Assembly: GCF_009914755.1 (NCBI RefSeq)
Contig: NC_060925.1
Reading direction: 5' to 3' (one strand)
DNA: 64,000 nt
Source of the DNA: the human T2T-CHM13v2.0 reference genome, Homo sapiens
Part shown: positions 1 to 16,244 of the stretch, in pieces
How the letters are laid out: every line of letters begins with the position of its first letter
Position numbering within the stretch: the stretch's first letter is position 1
Translations under genes and position numbers: made by a program
Notes under the pieces: model-generated
The model's input: the letters and a program-made list of their open reading frames with translations, nothing else
Told to the model about the DNA's origin: nothing
The model's database searches: none

Positions 1-17
1 ATATGTGTTTGTGTATG

Positions 18-23
<6 letters not shown>

Positions 24-69
<46 letters not shown>
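24..69. repeat. (TA)n microsatellite
   Basis: Direct reading. Confidence 0.97.
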
Positions 70-71
<2 letters not shown>

Positions 72-94
72 CCTGTTTATTTTTTTATTTATTT

Positions 95-240
95 TCTATC
101 TCTCCACTCCCCTGTAAGAATGTAAGCTCCACAAGGACAAGGACTGTGTTTCTTGTTCACCACAGTTTCCCAGGGACTAGAAACATAAGAAGCCTTCAGT
201 AGAGATGTGCTAAATGAATGAGTGAGTGAAGGAGTGAATG
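95..240 (+). mobile_element. L2 3' end
   Basis: tgtaagctcca...cttgttcac...tgaatgagtgagtga. Confidence 0.6.
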
Positions 241-1437
241 CACCCTGAGGGGTAGTTTAACCCCCTGTAAATATCTTCCATGTCAGTTTCTCTGAGGAGT
301 GGGTGTCAGAACCCACAGTCCTCTGAGCCTGCACCCCCTCTCAGCATGAGCCAGAAGAGAGTCTCCTTGGGCTCTGCTCTCTGGGGTAAGGGAGACAGGC
401 TGGTGCTTGTGATAAGCCTTCTGTTGGGACCTACCAAGCCCTGAGCAGAGGATGGAGGAGACACAATTCCCACCGCATCCCAAGGGAATCCCCACTCTTG
501 TGAGTTTCCTGACAGGAATGGGGCAGGGTCTGCAGCCAGTCGTCAAGAGCAGGGAAGCTTTCAGAAAGGGCCACCGCCAGTGATTACGGGCCATTCAGTT
601 GTCCACCCCCAGCCTAAGCCCCCTACAGCCCTGCTTCGTTAACCAGTTTTCAGAGCGACAGCTAAGCTGCATGTACACAGGAGGCAGACACCAGCCTGTT
701 GTCTCTGTTCCCAGGCCCCAGGATGACAAAACACTTGGTGTGTTCAGATGAAAGGGCTCTCATTGCAAAGGGCAGGATTGCCAATCCCACTGAGCTCCCT
801 GGAATGGAAAGCTGGACTCTCCGAACTCGTGATTACCACTGTTGTGGAGATTAAAGACTTCCTGTCGGAGAGAGCAGTCCTCCCGAGCCAAATAACACTA
901 AGGCCTGGCCGGCGGCCATCTTGTGGGGCCTCCCTGGCAGCCAGAGCTGGAGGGACTTGGCTCCCTTGTCGAAGGCTAACCTGCTTGAGGCAAAGTCAAG
1001 GTGTTTGGGCCAAAAACAGTCCCTGAGGGAGCCTTGGGCTGAGGCCTGGGCACTCTGTTGGCCTCCTCAGCCCCAGCCCGACCCACCTTGTTGAAAGCAG
1101 CTGCTGTGGCACATCCAGTGGGAGTAGGCCAAGGTCCCCGCTCACTTGCCTTTCCTGAGGATTTCTGATGTGTGTGGTGAGGTGGAAGAAGGGCATGCTG
1201 GGGAAGCCAGCTCAGGGGAGCCTGGGGGATAGGGGAAGGCCATGGCTTCCTCGTTTGCTCCACCAAGAACCTGAACCAGTCAGACCCTAGGCGGCTGGTG
1301 CATGTGACGAGCACTCCCTGTTGAGACCTACAAAGTCCTGAGCAGAGGATGGAGGAGACACAGTTCCCTTCAAACTGTGCCCCAACCTGGCTAATGATCA
1401 AAAGCATCTAGAGCTCTTAGTAAAAAAGCAGATATCA

Positions 1438-1751
1438 GGCCGGGAGCAAGGGCTCACACCCTGTAATCCCAACACTTTGGGAGGCCAAGGCAGGAAGATT
1501 GCTTAAGGCCAGGAGTTTTTGACCAGTCTAGGCAACAAAGTGAGACCTCATTTCTACAAAAAGTTAAAAAATCAGCCACCAGGCATGGTGGTGCCTGTGG
1601 TCTTAGCTACACGGGAGGCTGAGGCAGGAGGATTGCTTAAGCCTGGATGTCGAGGCTGCAGTGAGCTGTGTTTGCGCCATTGCACTCGGGCCTGGGTGAT
1701 GACAGAGGAAGACCCTGTCTCAAAAAACAAACAAACAAACAAACAAACAAA
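1438..1751 (+). mobile_element. Alu (J-like)
   Basis: Dimer with (AAAC)n tail. Confidence 0.92.
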
Positions 1752-2232
1752 CCATACCTCAGGCCATACCCTGTGAGTTCTGGCTCACTCTATCTCAGGT
1801 AGGTCCTAAAAATCTATTTTTTTTAAGAAGATAATCGTGGTGTGCCTGCTCTGAGTGCCTGTGAACAGGGAAAGTAGAATGGGGCACTGGGCGAGGGTCA
1901 GCAAACAGGATTCTGGCCTCTGTTCTTTCAGATGACTTTGGGAAAGTTACTTTGCTTCTCTGGGCCTCAGTCTCATCAGGAAAGCACAGAGGTCGAACAA
2001 TGTGTCCCCAGTCTCAGAGTGTGGCTCAAGGGGATGTGTCACCGTGCATGGCCATGGTCCCAAGGAATGCTCTGATCTCTAGGCCACCTTTAGCTGGAAG
2101 GAGAACCCCTTAGAAGGCTCTGATAACAACAGTGACAGCCGGCATCACTGATGTAGAGCCAGGCTCTGAGCCTAGCACTTGATCTGCATTGTCTCATTTT
2201 GTCTTCACAACCAACCTTTGGAGGCCACACTT

Positions 2233-2743
<511 letters not shown>

Positions 2744-4185
2744 TGACTCCAAGATGTGGCCTAGTAGTATTTTCATCTGACGGACGAGAGAACAAGATTA
2801 GAGAGGTGAAGTGATGTGGTAGAGCTGGGATTTGAATCTGGATCTGAGAGGGACTCCAGAAGTGGTTCTCCTAATCACTGTAAAGTCCCACCAAGTCTGG
2901 ACGGCAGGACTCTAGTCCCAGCCCTGTGCCTGAGGAGCAGGTTGACACTTCTTTCAGCCGGGGGTAGTGTCCAAGGTCCTTCTAGCTTGGACACCCCTGG
3001 CCAGTGTATTTGGGGTGAGGCATGGAGAGAATAAGGGGAATGCAGTTGCCTGGTGTCTACAGCCTCCCAGACACAGAGGCATCTGTGTCTGCCCACCCAG
3101 GTCCCTCCTGCCACAGTTCTCACAAGTCACTGGTCTCCTCCATGTCCCAAATGTTAGATGCTTCTAAAGATGGACTACTCCTCATAACACTTCTACGATG
3201 TAAGTAGTATCATACCCATTGTACAGCTGCAGAAACTGAGCTTCAGAGCAATGAAGTAACTCATCCAATTTCCCACAGCACAGGGAGTGGTAGAGCCCAG
3301 AATTGAACTCTGATCTGTGTGATCCCAGAGGCTGAGCCCTTCACCTCTGCCCTGTGTGGTCAGAGGGTTGAGCTGAGGCCCCAGGAACCTAAGCAGCTGA
3401 AAGTCTGCTTTGTTACCAAGACACATTCATCCCCAGCAGGATCCTCTCACCCTGCCTGAATCCAAAAGGGATTCTGTTCTTCCACCAAAGGCCTGGCTTC
3501 TGGACCCACCTAGGCCCATGAAGACTCTGGTGTACAGGAGTCTCTAGCTGGAGAACCAAAGAGGAGGAAGAAGCTGCTAGGGACTCTGTGGGCCAGCCCT
3601 TCCCACCTCCAGAGCCCAAACATACCCTGTGTGGGGCTGAGAGGAAGCAGAGGCCTCAGTGGCCCAGGCAGTGGGCTTGATTCCTAAGGGGCCACACTGT
3701 GCTCTCAGCTTCAAGGCAACGTCCTGCCTGCAGGCCAGTGTCCCTGTTGGAGCCTGTCAGGGACTCAAAGTCCTGACAAAGCTCAAAGGCGAATGTCTCC
3801 TATATCTGGAGAGGCTGAAACTGCCCTCACCAACAACAGTGAGACGTATGCTCTGTTCACACTGGCGGCTTGGGGCCTGGGGTCAGCTCCACAGAGTCCC
3901 ACAGGGTCCCACAGGCAGTGACTACACAGTGCACTTGTGTGCACCTGCAGGCACACGCACATTCTTGGGATGGAAGTCAGAGGCAGAAGGCAAAGGCAGG
4001 AAGCTATCAGTCCCTTTAGCCACAAAGGATCCACTCTCTAGGCAATTGGAGAAAGAGCTCCAGAATGCTGGACCTTCCGGAAACAGTCTCTGCATCCCAC
4101 CAACCGTGGCTCCAGGAGAGCACCAGGATCAACTGCAAGGGGACTTTGTGGGGAACACAGGGCCCAGCAGGTTGGGGAATCTCCT

Positions 4186-4455
4186 CACACACTCACACTC
4201 ACTGTATATACACCCATTCACACCTACCCACACTCACCACACACAGGCTCACCTCCACACACTGCCGCACATAGGTCATGCACATACTGCAGACACCAAC
4301 ACGTGTGTTCACACACACACACCCCATGCTCACATATGTTCTCATGCATACATTCACACATACACACACACACGCACACACCCACACACACATTCACACA
4401 CAACCCCACACTGGCTCACACACATGGCACACATACACATTCACAGTCACTCATG
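4186..4455. repeat. Degenerate (CA)n low-complexity tract
   Basis: Direct reading. Confidence 0.9.
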
Positions 4456-6362
4456 CAGACTCAGCACAGGTTTGAGCCAAGGAGTGGCATAGAGACAAGA
4501 CCTTGTTCATTTATAGTTTCTGTGAGCGTGGGGGAAGTAGGGCTCTGCCCCCTCCCGCCCTTGGAGGTGTTCAAGACAAAGGGATGCAGAGAAATACCCA
4601 GGAGGGCTTCCCCACACCAGCAGGGAGGCACCCAGCCTTGGTGGGCTGGCCTGGGCCACCTCCAGAAAGGTCTCAGGAGCTGCCTTTCTCCCCGTTTGTC
4701 CGAGGATGAACTGGGCCTTCACTGCTGCTCCTGCCCCTGGGGCTCAGGTCGGGGCTGGACACCACCACAGTCACCCCCCGGTCACGGCTTCTTGGAATTG
4801 CTGGGGAAGGGGAGGTGGCACTGGGGAAGGGGAAACACCGATTTCTCAAGGGCTTATGAAAAGCACATAAATGGAAAGAGCTTCTCAAGTTGCTGCTCTT
4901 TTCTTGAAGACAATTCTGTCTTCACCACAAGGTCTCTGGGAGCCATATCCCTGTGTCCCCTTTATGGTCAGTCCTGCCCCCACCCCAATATGAGCCCGAG
5001 GAAGGTCTTCCCGCCTAATCAGCCAGAGACCCTGAGCCCCCAAGAGGTTTGCCACAGGAAGCCTACCTACCCACCTTCCTGGGGCCTCCCAAGACCCCCT
5101 CCCCCGCCCCCGCCACCCCATAAGCACAATGTTGTAAGCTTTGGGTGAGGTTGGGGGCTCTGGAACCAGGAGCAGGAGGTGCTCCTGGGCTGGCTGTGAG
5201 GCAGCTGGGCCTCCGGGTCCTGGCATCCACCCTCCAGACCATTTATTTCCTCAAGCTCCTTCCCAGGCAACTCATCCATCTGGGCATGCCCAAGCCACCC
5301 TGCGTTCAGGCCCCCCTGCGCTCAGGCCCAGCAGCCATGGCCCTACAAATAGGACCTATGTATTTTGTATGGTCCCTGGATGTTCACAGGGCCACAGCCC
5401 TAGCCTCGGATCCCCCATGTCTGGGCCCATCCGCCCATTGTTCCTGCCTGACTGTGTTCTTGCCAAGAGCTGCCACAGGGAGCCAGTCGGAGGAGGTTCC
5501 GATAGCTTCTTCATGCATCCTGGAGGAAGCCAGTTCCGCTTCTGGATTCCCGGCCACGACTTCCCAGAACTCAGCATCTACACCTCCAGCCCAGCCCTGC
5601 TGCACAAGAGCATGGCTAAGAGAGGACTGATGACTTCTCAGAGAAGGGCCTCCCCACCTCCTGGGAAGCAAATGGGAGAACCTATGCTCTGACAGGCCAG
5701 TTGCTTCTGACAGGAGAAAGGGGGAATTCCAGTGTCACCCATCATTGGCCAGTGACTTCACAGATCAGTTTGGCTCCGGGACCGTGCCTGGCAGAACGCC
5801 CTGATGAAGCCCAAGCCTCCTCTGTGCTTGCCATAGCCTCAGCCTCAGAACAGGCAGCACAGACTTTAGGCCCTGGCCCCAATGTTAACATGTGTTTTTC
5901 TTTCTTTAACCCTATAATGGATCAGCAGCAACTCCTTGCACCCTGGAGCCTCCCTTCACCCACCCTCCACCCCTTTACTCCTGCTGCCCTCACCCTCTTG
6001 GGCTGGCTGTCTGGGCTGGTTGTTAATGAGACTTTGCATTTCTCATGCTCACTTTGATCCCAATTTTAACCAGTCCAGCCCTCCCCAGTGGGGTGCCCGG
6101 GTCTGGAGTCAACTCCTCCCTAGGGTGAGTCTATGGAAGAAGTAGGAAGGCTGCAGAGAATTCGGGTCTCTCTTTGCTTGCCATGGGTCTCAAACTCTTA
6201 TTGGGATTCTGTGATACTTAGGGAGTTGGCAATGGGTCCCTTCAGAGTGCAGAAGCGGGGCATGTCCCACCATGCTAGGCAATGCTACTTATTCATTCAT
6301 TCACTCATTCATACAACCAACAAATATCTACTGAGTGCCAACCTAAGGAGGCAGTAGTCTAA

Positions 6363-7050
<688 letters not shown>

Positions 7051-7849
7051 GATTGATGGCTGGCTGAACGAATGAATGCATGAACTAATGAAAGTATTGA
7101 AGTTGTAGACCCATGGGCCATGCCCTCTGGAAGGAGGCCTCCATCTCCGGAAGGGCAGATAAGTACACTCCTGCCCACCCTCCTTTTAAAAAATGATTGA
7201 GTACAGAATTACAGGTTTTCACACTTTACAAGGGAGAAGGTTGGATGCTAAGAAACTCCAGGCAAAAGTGAGGGTTTGTAGCTGTTGGAGAGAGAAGAGG
7301 CAATGGTGGCCTTGGTGTTTATTTAAATGTGAATGGAGTGTGAGCAGGATGGGCAGTGAGCTTGGGGTAACTCACATTCTCATGCTCCTCCAAAACCTTT
7401 CAGAAGAATGCCGTTTGGTCATGGTCTTTCTTATCCTTCCAGCAGCCCCCGGCACACCTCTACATCATCTGTGAGTGTGTGCATGTGTAAATATATCAAC
7501 CATCACAAAACTCAGTTCAGTTCTATTTAACCCAAGAGTTATCAAACTTTTACCAAGGGCCTACTTGTGATAAATATATCAATAAGACACAGTCATGGTT
7601 CTCAAGCCCCTGCTCACAGCCTAGTGGGTCTGGCAGACAAGAAGCCAAAATGTTAAGTACAGGGTGGTCCAATGCTCAGCAAATCTGATCTGTCAGAATA
7701 GAGTCTATTGAGAAATGGAAAGCCCCATGAGGACGGGCGCTTGTCAACCTCATATTTCCAGCCCAGGCAAAGCACCCCACAGAGACAGAGTACAGGCTCA
7801 ATGAGAGTAGCTTAAACAAATGAGTACTGAGTGTGAGCTGATTTCAAAG

Positions 7850-8340
7850 AACCAAAGGAAACAGTCAAATCAAGATAAGAACCAGAACAACTGGCCCCAA
7901 AGGAAATGAAGCTAATTCAAGGAACTCTATGATAATTTTAATTTGTAACTTCAGAGCAACCGAAGAAGATATGAATGGAGGCTATAAACCAAAAGCAGGT
8001 TGATGTGGAATAGGAACAATTAAAGAAGAAGAAAGTTTCTTGGAAATTAAAAGTATAATCGCTAAAATGAAAGATTTACTACAAGGGCTAGAAGAAAAAG
8101 GTGAATCAATCTCCCAGAATATAAGCCAAGAAGACAGAAATGGAGACAGAGAATCAACCTAAGAAGCCCAAACTCCAACAGAGAAAATAAAAGAGAAGAA
8201 GTTATCAAAGAAATAATGAAAGAAAGTTTTCCAAATCTGAGAAAGGACTGAAACCTTCCAGTTTGAAGGGGTCCATCCAACAAATACCATGAAAGAAAAA
8301 TGGGTGGGGGGAAAGCCCACGTCATAGGTATATCTTCATT
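7850..8340 (+). mobile_element. Ancient L1 ORF1-region fragment
   Basis: A-rich; aaagaaataatgaaagaaagttttccaaatctga resembles the L1 ORF1 EII.ENFPNL block. Confidence 0.55.
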
Positions 8341-8677
8341 AAATCACTGGGGTCTTCATATGCAAATACAAATGCTATTTTGTCCACAGACCATTAGCAG
8401 CTCCCATCTGCCATACTTCTTGTGGTGGACAGTGTCCTGAGCCATTCTAGCCCAACAATAAGCTTTGTGGGCATCTCTGTCTACATGAAAGAGCAGACAT
8501 ATGCTTGTATAGACATCATCCCTCACCTGACTTGGTTTTTTCTAAGGGCAATAAAGCAAATAGGCTGCAGTTTGCTTATCTATTTATACTCATATTGTCA
8601 TTTCCCTTGCAACTGTCCCCCCAGCACTAAGTAACTTTCCATAACCTTCTTCTGAGAGGTTAAAAACATGGACTCTG

Positions 8678-9069
<392 letters not shown>

Positions 9070-9514
9070 TCAGTTTTCTCATCTATAAAATGAGAATGAA
9101 AATAGTACCTACATCTGAAGGTCACTGTGAGGATTCAATCATTAATGTCTTAAGTGCTTATAACAGCCCCTGTTCTAAAAATAAGCACTAGATGAGTGAC
9201 TATTATTACTTAAAGGCAAATAAGTAACCAATAGAAGAATTGCAAAATATCATCAAAATAGTCAGGTGAATGGAGGAGTGCGGTGGGGAGTGAGCAGTGC
9301 TGGAGATGAGCTAGGTTCCTGGTCTTCCAAGCCATGGCATTGGTGCCCCCTGTGGATGACAGACCAATATGTGCTGCTTTAAGTGCACCATTTGTAGCTA
9401 TGGAAGGGATCTTCAGTAGAACTAAAACCAGAAAAGATGATTCCCTCTGGAGGTGGGACTCAGGGTGCCGGGGGAAGATTTCTCATTTTAGGCCCTCTGT
9501 GCTGTTTGATTTTC

Positions 9515-9545
9515 ATATATATATATATATATATGTATAAAATAA

Positions 9546-9583
<38 letters not shown>
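9515..9583. repeat. Compound (TA)n/(CA)n microsatellite
   Basis: Direct reading. Confidence 0.95.
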
Positions 9584-9584
<1 letters not shown>

Positions 9585-9650
9585 ACTTGTATGCTTTAAA
9601 GACAAGTAGTCTTTCAGTTTTAAAGAAGTTGCTAACAAAGCCTTCCAGGG

Positions 9651-9794
9651 CCAGTTGTATGCTGCAGCGGGCTCCCATCGGCTCATGATTTGAAAATCCA
9701 TGGGCCGTGGTGGAAGTATTTACACCAAGGGACTTAGCAAATGCTACAAGTCAGGGCTTTCTATACAGAGACTTGGTTTCTCAGCACGTCACTA
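9651..9794. mobile_element. MER63A-like hAT element
   Basis: ggtggaagtatttacacca...gcaaatgctacaagtcagggcttt. Confidence 0.6.
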
Positions 9795-9861
9795 GAAAAG
9801 CCAGTTATCCCTATGGTAACTTAATCTTTTTGACACCTCCTGCTTAAAACTCCAAAGATCA

Positions 9862-10628
9862 TTCAACCATTGTGGAAGTCAGTGTGGCGATTCCTCAGGG
9901 ATCTAGAACTAGAAATACCATTTGACCCAGCCATCCCATTACTGGGTATATACCCAAAGGACTATAAATCATGCTGCTATAAAGACACATGCACACGTAT
10001 GTTTATTGCAGCATTATTCACAATAGCAAAGACTTGGAACCAACCCAAATGTCCAACAATGATAGACTGGATTAAAAAAATGTGGCACATATACACCGTG
10101 GAATACTATGCAGCCATAAAAATGATGAGTTCACATCCTTTGTAGGGACAAGGATGAAATTGGAAATCATCATTCTCAGTAAACTATCGCAAGAACAAAA
10201 AACCAAACACCGCATATTCTCACTCATAGGTGGGAATTGAACAATGAGAACACATGGACACATCCTTGTAGGGACAAGGACGAAATTGGAAATCATCATT
10301 CTCAGTAAACTATCGCAAGAACAAAAAACCAAACACCGCATATTCTCACTCATAGGTGGGAATTGAACAATGAGAACACATGAACACAGGAAGGGGAACA
10401 TCACACTCTGGGGACTGTTGTGGGGTGGGGGGATGGGGGAGGGATAGCATTGGGAGATATACCTAATGCTAGATGATGAGTTAGTGGGTGCAGCGCACCA
10501 GCATGGCACATGTATACATATGTAACTAACCTGCACATTGTGCACATGTACCCTAAAACTTAAAGTATAATAATAAATAATAATAATAATAACAATAAAT
10601 AAATAAATAAATAAAAATAATTTAAAAA
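9862..10628 (+). mobile_element. 5'-truncated young L1 (L1PA2-like) with internal tandem duplication
   Basis: ORF2 C-terminus (LEIPFDPAIPLLGIYPKDYKSCCYKDTC), 3'UTR, A-rich tail, 16-bp TSD aaaactccaaagatca (9846-9861, 10629-10644) at a TT/AAAA site. Confidence 0.95.
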
Positions 10629-10982
10629 AAAACTCCAAAGATCAGAAGGATGGTGAGCCCCTCTCATGGTCTGTGTTCATCCTGAAACTCAAGTGGACAT
10701 AAAATTTCATCTTCTGCTCTTCAAGGTGCTTCTGGTCAGCCTGAACTCCTGAGAATTCTGGCATGGCCAATTGAGCCAAGGTGCCATCCTACTGACATTC
10801 TGCTCCTGTCATAGTAACAGAGATTTGGGACACTGGGTGCCATTTACTCATTTATCCAAAATACACATATTGAGTATCTATCACATGTCAGGTGCACTAG
10901 ACCAAGGGAGCCCTAGTCCCAGCCACGAACCCCTTAGGGCTGCCTTCTGCCTCATTGATAGAGCAAAGGCCTGAGAAACTTC

Positions 10983-11190
10983 GTAGCAGCTGGAAAGTGA
11001 TGCTGCCTCCGGAACATCGGAATCACCTGGGCTTGTTAAACGCAGATGGCTGGGCCCTACCTCACCTCCCACCCTCAGTTTCTGAATCGGTAGAAATCAC
11101 AGGTGGGGCCAGAAAATGTTACATTTCTCACAAGTTTCCAGGTAATGGTGATGCTGCTGGTTTGGGGACTGCACTTTAAGAACTACCAGT
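10983..11190. mobile_element. MER5A-like hAT element
   Basis: catcggaatcacctggg...acatttctcacaagtttccaggt...cactttaagaacta. Confidence 0.7.
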
Positions 11191-11793
11191 TCTAGAAATT
11201 CCAAACCAGACTGTGATCCTCCAAGGCAGGAGAGAACAATGAGGGGAGGTTTGTGTTTCTACCCTTGAGCTAATTTACTTAATTACTGTCTCGGCTTAAT
11301 TACTGCCCTTAGCCAGTGAAAGGATTGGTTGAGAGCAGTTCCTTGATGTGGACTACAAACACACTTGTGAAAATGCACACACATTTGCATTTACTCACAG
11401 GCAATTCCAGTCTTCAGCGATAATCCCTCCAGGTCTTTAGCACTGTGGTTAAGTGTGTGAGGCCTGCAGTCTCAAACCCTAAACTTCAGTCCCAGCCCTG
11501 TCACTTGCCAGCTGTCAGACTCTGGGCAAATCCTCCACTCTCTCTGAGCTGTCATTTCTTCAACTGTAGGCTAATAATAGTATCAAACTCACAGGACTGT
11601 TCTGGGGCATCTGCTGAAGGGGGCGATGCATGGAAAGCGCTCGGTACTCAGAACATGTCCAGCACCTGGAGGCCAGCATTAGCCTTGACAGAAATAACAG
11701 TACTGCTGCTACTGATTTGTGTTTCTAACTAAATATTAATATTTGTACTAGAGGTAGTTTGGCGGGGGCGGTGTTCTCGTTTTTTTGTGTTAA

Positions 11794-12088
<295 letters not shown>

Positions 12089-12842
12089 TGGTGTTCTGTT
12101 TTTAATGTGTGCTCTGTGTCTGTCACCAGACTAGTATTTGGGGGCTAGGGCAGTCACCTTCTTCCTTCCTCTGTGTCCTCTGTGTTCTCAATCCAGTGCA
12201 TGAGATAGAAGGAACAGAGAAAACTTGGAGAACTCAGTTGTTCTAGGTCCATGCTGCAAATGCAGAAGGAGTTAAGAATTACAGAGATGTCTCAGAAATT
12301 TCCTTTCTCTAAAATAGCTATTTTTTTAAAAAAAGGATGGGAGAAATTTAGTTTGTATATGTTTGTGTATTTTTTACTGTCTGCTCCCACTCACCATGTA
12401 TACTGTCAAAAGAGGTTTTAAAATGTGTGTTGTAAATTCCATGTGGTCAAGGGCTATGTCTGTCCCATGTGCCACTGAATCCCCAATGTCAAGCACATTG
12501 CCTGGCACAGGACTGGCATTCAATGTATGCTGGGTGGCTTGAATGAATACTGACCCAAGGGAAGGGACTAGACACAGAAGCTTCAGGAAGAAAAGAATGA
12601 ATTATGAATACTTGAAACTGGATTTCTCCAGCTGGTGACGAGGTGGTCCTGAAAGAAAGAGCTGAAGCAGTAGCTAAGAGCAACGGGTGTGGGCACTTGC
12701 TGGCAGGTGGTCTGTAATCCTGAGCTAAGTCAGGACCTCCCAGTGAAAGCAATCACAGCTGCTGATGGCCCAAGGCCCGGTGGAACCACTCCTCCTTCCC
12801 ACAAATGCCATTTCTGTCTTCGCTGTTGCTGTTTCCTGGATC

Positions 12843-13030
12843 TAGGATTGCCAGATTTAGCAAATCAAAATGCAGAATGTCCAGTTAAATTTAAATTTCA
12901 GATAAATGATGAACACCTTTTTAGTATAAGCATGTCTCATGCAATATTTGGGACATGTACTAAAATTGTTTTACTGTTCATCTGAAGTTTAAATTTAACT
13001 GGGTGTTCTGTATTTCTTCTGGCGACTCTG
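12843..13030. mobile_element. MER53-like palindromic MITE
   Basis: Long inverted arms gccag...ccagttaaatttaaatttcagat / atctgaagtttaaatttaactgg...ctggc. Confidence 0.75.
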
Positions 13031-13584
13031 CCTGGGCCCAGAGTACCCTCTTCAACTTGTCCACTGGGGGAACTTCTCCTCCTTTCAGGAGCTTCCTCTA
13101 ATACTCCACTCCACCCTAGGCAGAACTCACCATTCTAGCCTGTGCTCCACCTCATACCTGGTCATCACGCACAGATGGCCATCTCCCTCCTATGGCCCCC
13201 TCTGCATCCCCTGCCTGTGGGTAAACCTGTCACTTAACACCCCAGAACATAGAAGGGTGAGTGTTGAGAAAAGGGATGGGAAAAAGTCAGAAACATACAT
13301 AGAGGATAAAGAGAGCAAGTCTTAGACTTTGTAGGTATGTCCTACCTTTCATGGGTGAAAGGCACTCTAGCACTTGATTTCCTTACATGATTCTTTGTAG
13401 ATTCTCTGAATGGTGAAAAAGGGAAGATGGCTTACCAAAATCCAATGGCAACTTTCTTCCCTAGCAACTCAAGCCGTCCTTCAAGTTTATGTCATCCCAT
13501 ACCTATAAGCATTCTCTACCCTATGATGATCTGAACCTCCTGAACGATTTGATTAAGCAGAAGTACTCTCAGTGGGCACAAAAT

Positions 13585-14150
<566 letters not shown>

Positions 14151-15908
14151 AGAAATGCACTCAATGGAAAGAAGAAGATGGCCAAGGACATAAATCTCAA
14201 ATGGCTTTGTCATAAGAGAATTTGGGAAGTAGGGGAGTAGCTGATGGGGAGACCACGGGCTGTGCCCATTCTCACACCTTCAGAATCCTGGAGGGAGTCG
14301 TGTGGCCACAGGCTATCCTTCTCAACGGGTTTCACAGGCTTTTCATAGGCAGCAGGCATTACTGGGATGTGTTCCTGCAGATAGAGGGCTCCAGGCGCCC
14401 TCCCCACACTGCCTCTCTCATGAGTTACCGCCTCCGGAAGGATAACAAGGCTACAGTATCGCCACTGTAGGGGGCCCTCCCGGGACGGGGAGGCTGTCAG
14501 CTTATCTCCACAGCCCTGGTGCCACACACTGCATCCACAACTAATGGCCAAGAAGCCAGCATGTGACCAAGCCGCCTCACCTCTGCACTGGGCAGCTCCT
14601 AGAGGACCCAGCAGCCAGGCTTCCTGGCCACAGGCCAGCCCCAGGACCTTCTCCGTGCCCGGTCGACATCGCTGAGGTTGCCCCCCTCAGCCCCGGGCTA
14701 CTGTGGAGCTGGAGGGAGTTTCCAGAAGCAACCCCAGTCAGAGAACTGACTCCAAAGCCCCCTGCACACCCAGGTCCCCGTACCTCCTCAACCCTGCCCA
14801 GCCATTGACCCTGTTCCTTTGGCTGCCAGGGCTCTGTGTACCCCCACCCCACCCCAGCTGAGAATCCAGAGCAAGGCCCTTCTAGACCAGTGATCTCAGC
14901 TGCCCAGGCTTCAACCAGGGGATTGCTGGGTTTGGACCCAGTGGAGGATGCAGCTAAAAAGGGGGCCCTCCAGAGGCATTGGGGAATGGGGAGGGAGTCA
15001 AAATGATCTTCCTGGCCCAGAGCCAGAGAAGTCCCATAAATGTCTGTGGGGGTGGAGCATGGCTGGAGGGCAAGGAGAAGAGAGTGGAGGGGGTGAGATA
15101 AGATGACTCTGTGATGTACTTACATGCCGACGTTCCCCAGCAGTGCCAAGTGTGTAAGGCGTTGCTCTCAGAGCTACTATAATTATATCCCAAATGGAAA
15201 TAATAATAATAATTCCCTGATACATGTTGCCACTAGAGCCAGGCTGTTGAAAGAGTGGGAAGAGGGAAAGAAACTCCCTTTCTTCCAGAACAGCCTGTCA
15301 TGCTCCCAGATCGTTATTCCTAGGCCCGGTCAGACCCAGCTTCTTTCATACTGATTCCCCCACTCCAATTCAGGAGACTTTCAGGGTGCAGGGGTAGGGG
15401 TGACAAGAAAGGAAGTTATCCACACCGGTCTAAGCACTCGCTGGCGGATCCAGAGGCAGGGGGCAGGGTCTCTGGCCCCATCAGGAGAGGGAGCTGTGAA
15501 CTAAGCCCTTTGTGCTTTTTCTTGATCTTCCTTGGGACAGGGCTGGCTGGGTTGTGGCTACTGCCTGTGACTCCAAATCAGAGGAGGCAACTCTCGCCCA
15601 TAAGTATGGACCCCAGCCTCATCTTCTACCTCCTCTTATCCTCTCCTAACCCCAGACAGACAGCCAATGTCGAGAAGAGAAGCAGAGGAGGCTAAGCGGA
15701 GACAGCAGGCAGACCCTTGTCCCGACCCTTTAGTGACTGTCCTTACTCCTGGGTTGGGATGTCGAGGCAGAGGCCAGGAAGCCCTGGGAAGACACACACA
15801 CATAAAATGGAAGTCAGCATCAAACCCTTGACTTTTGGTCCATCTCCCACGGCCAAGGCTCCTTGTAACTGAGATGGGCAAGGGAAATGGAAGATTAAAA
15901 GAGGGAGG

Positions 15909-16244
<336 letters not shown>

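Noticed and set aside
3659-5692. Long ORFs of 277, 281 and 183 aa
   Set aside because: They run through the CA-rich tract and GC-rich DNA, mostly start at non-ATG codons and show no recognisable domain or exon structure
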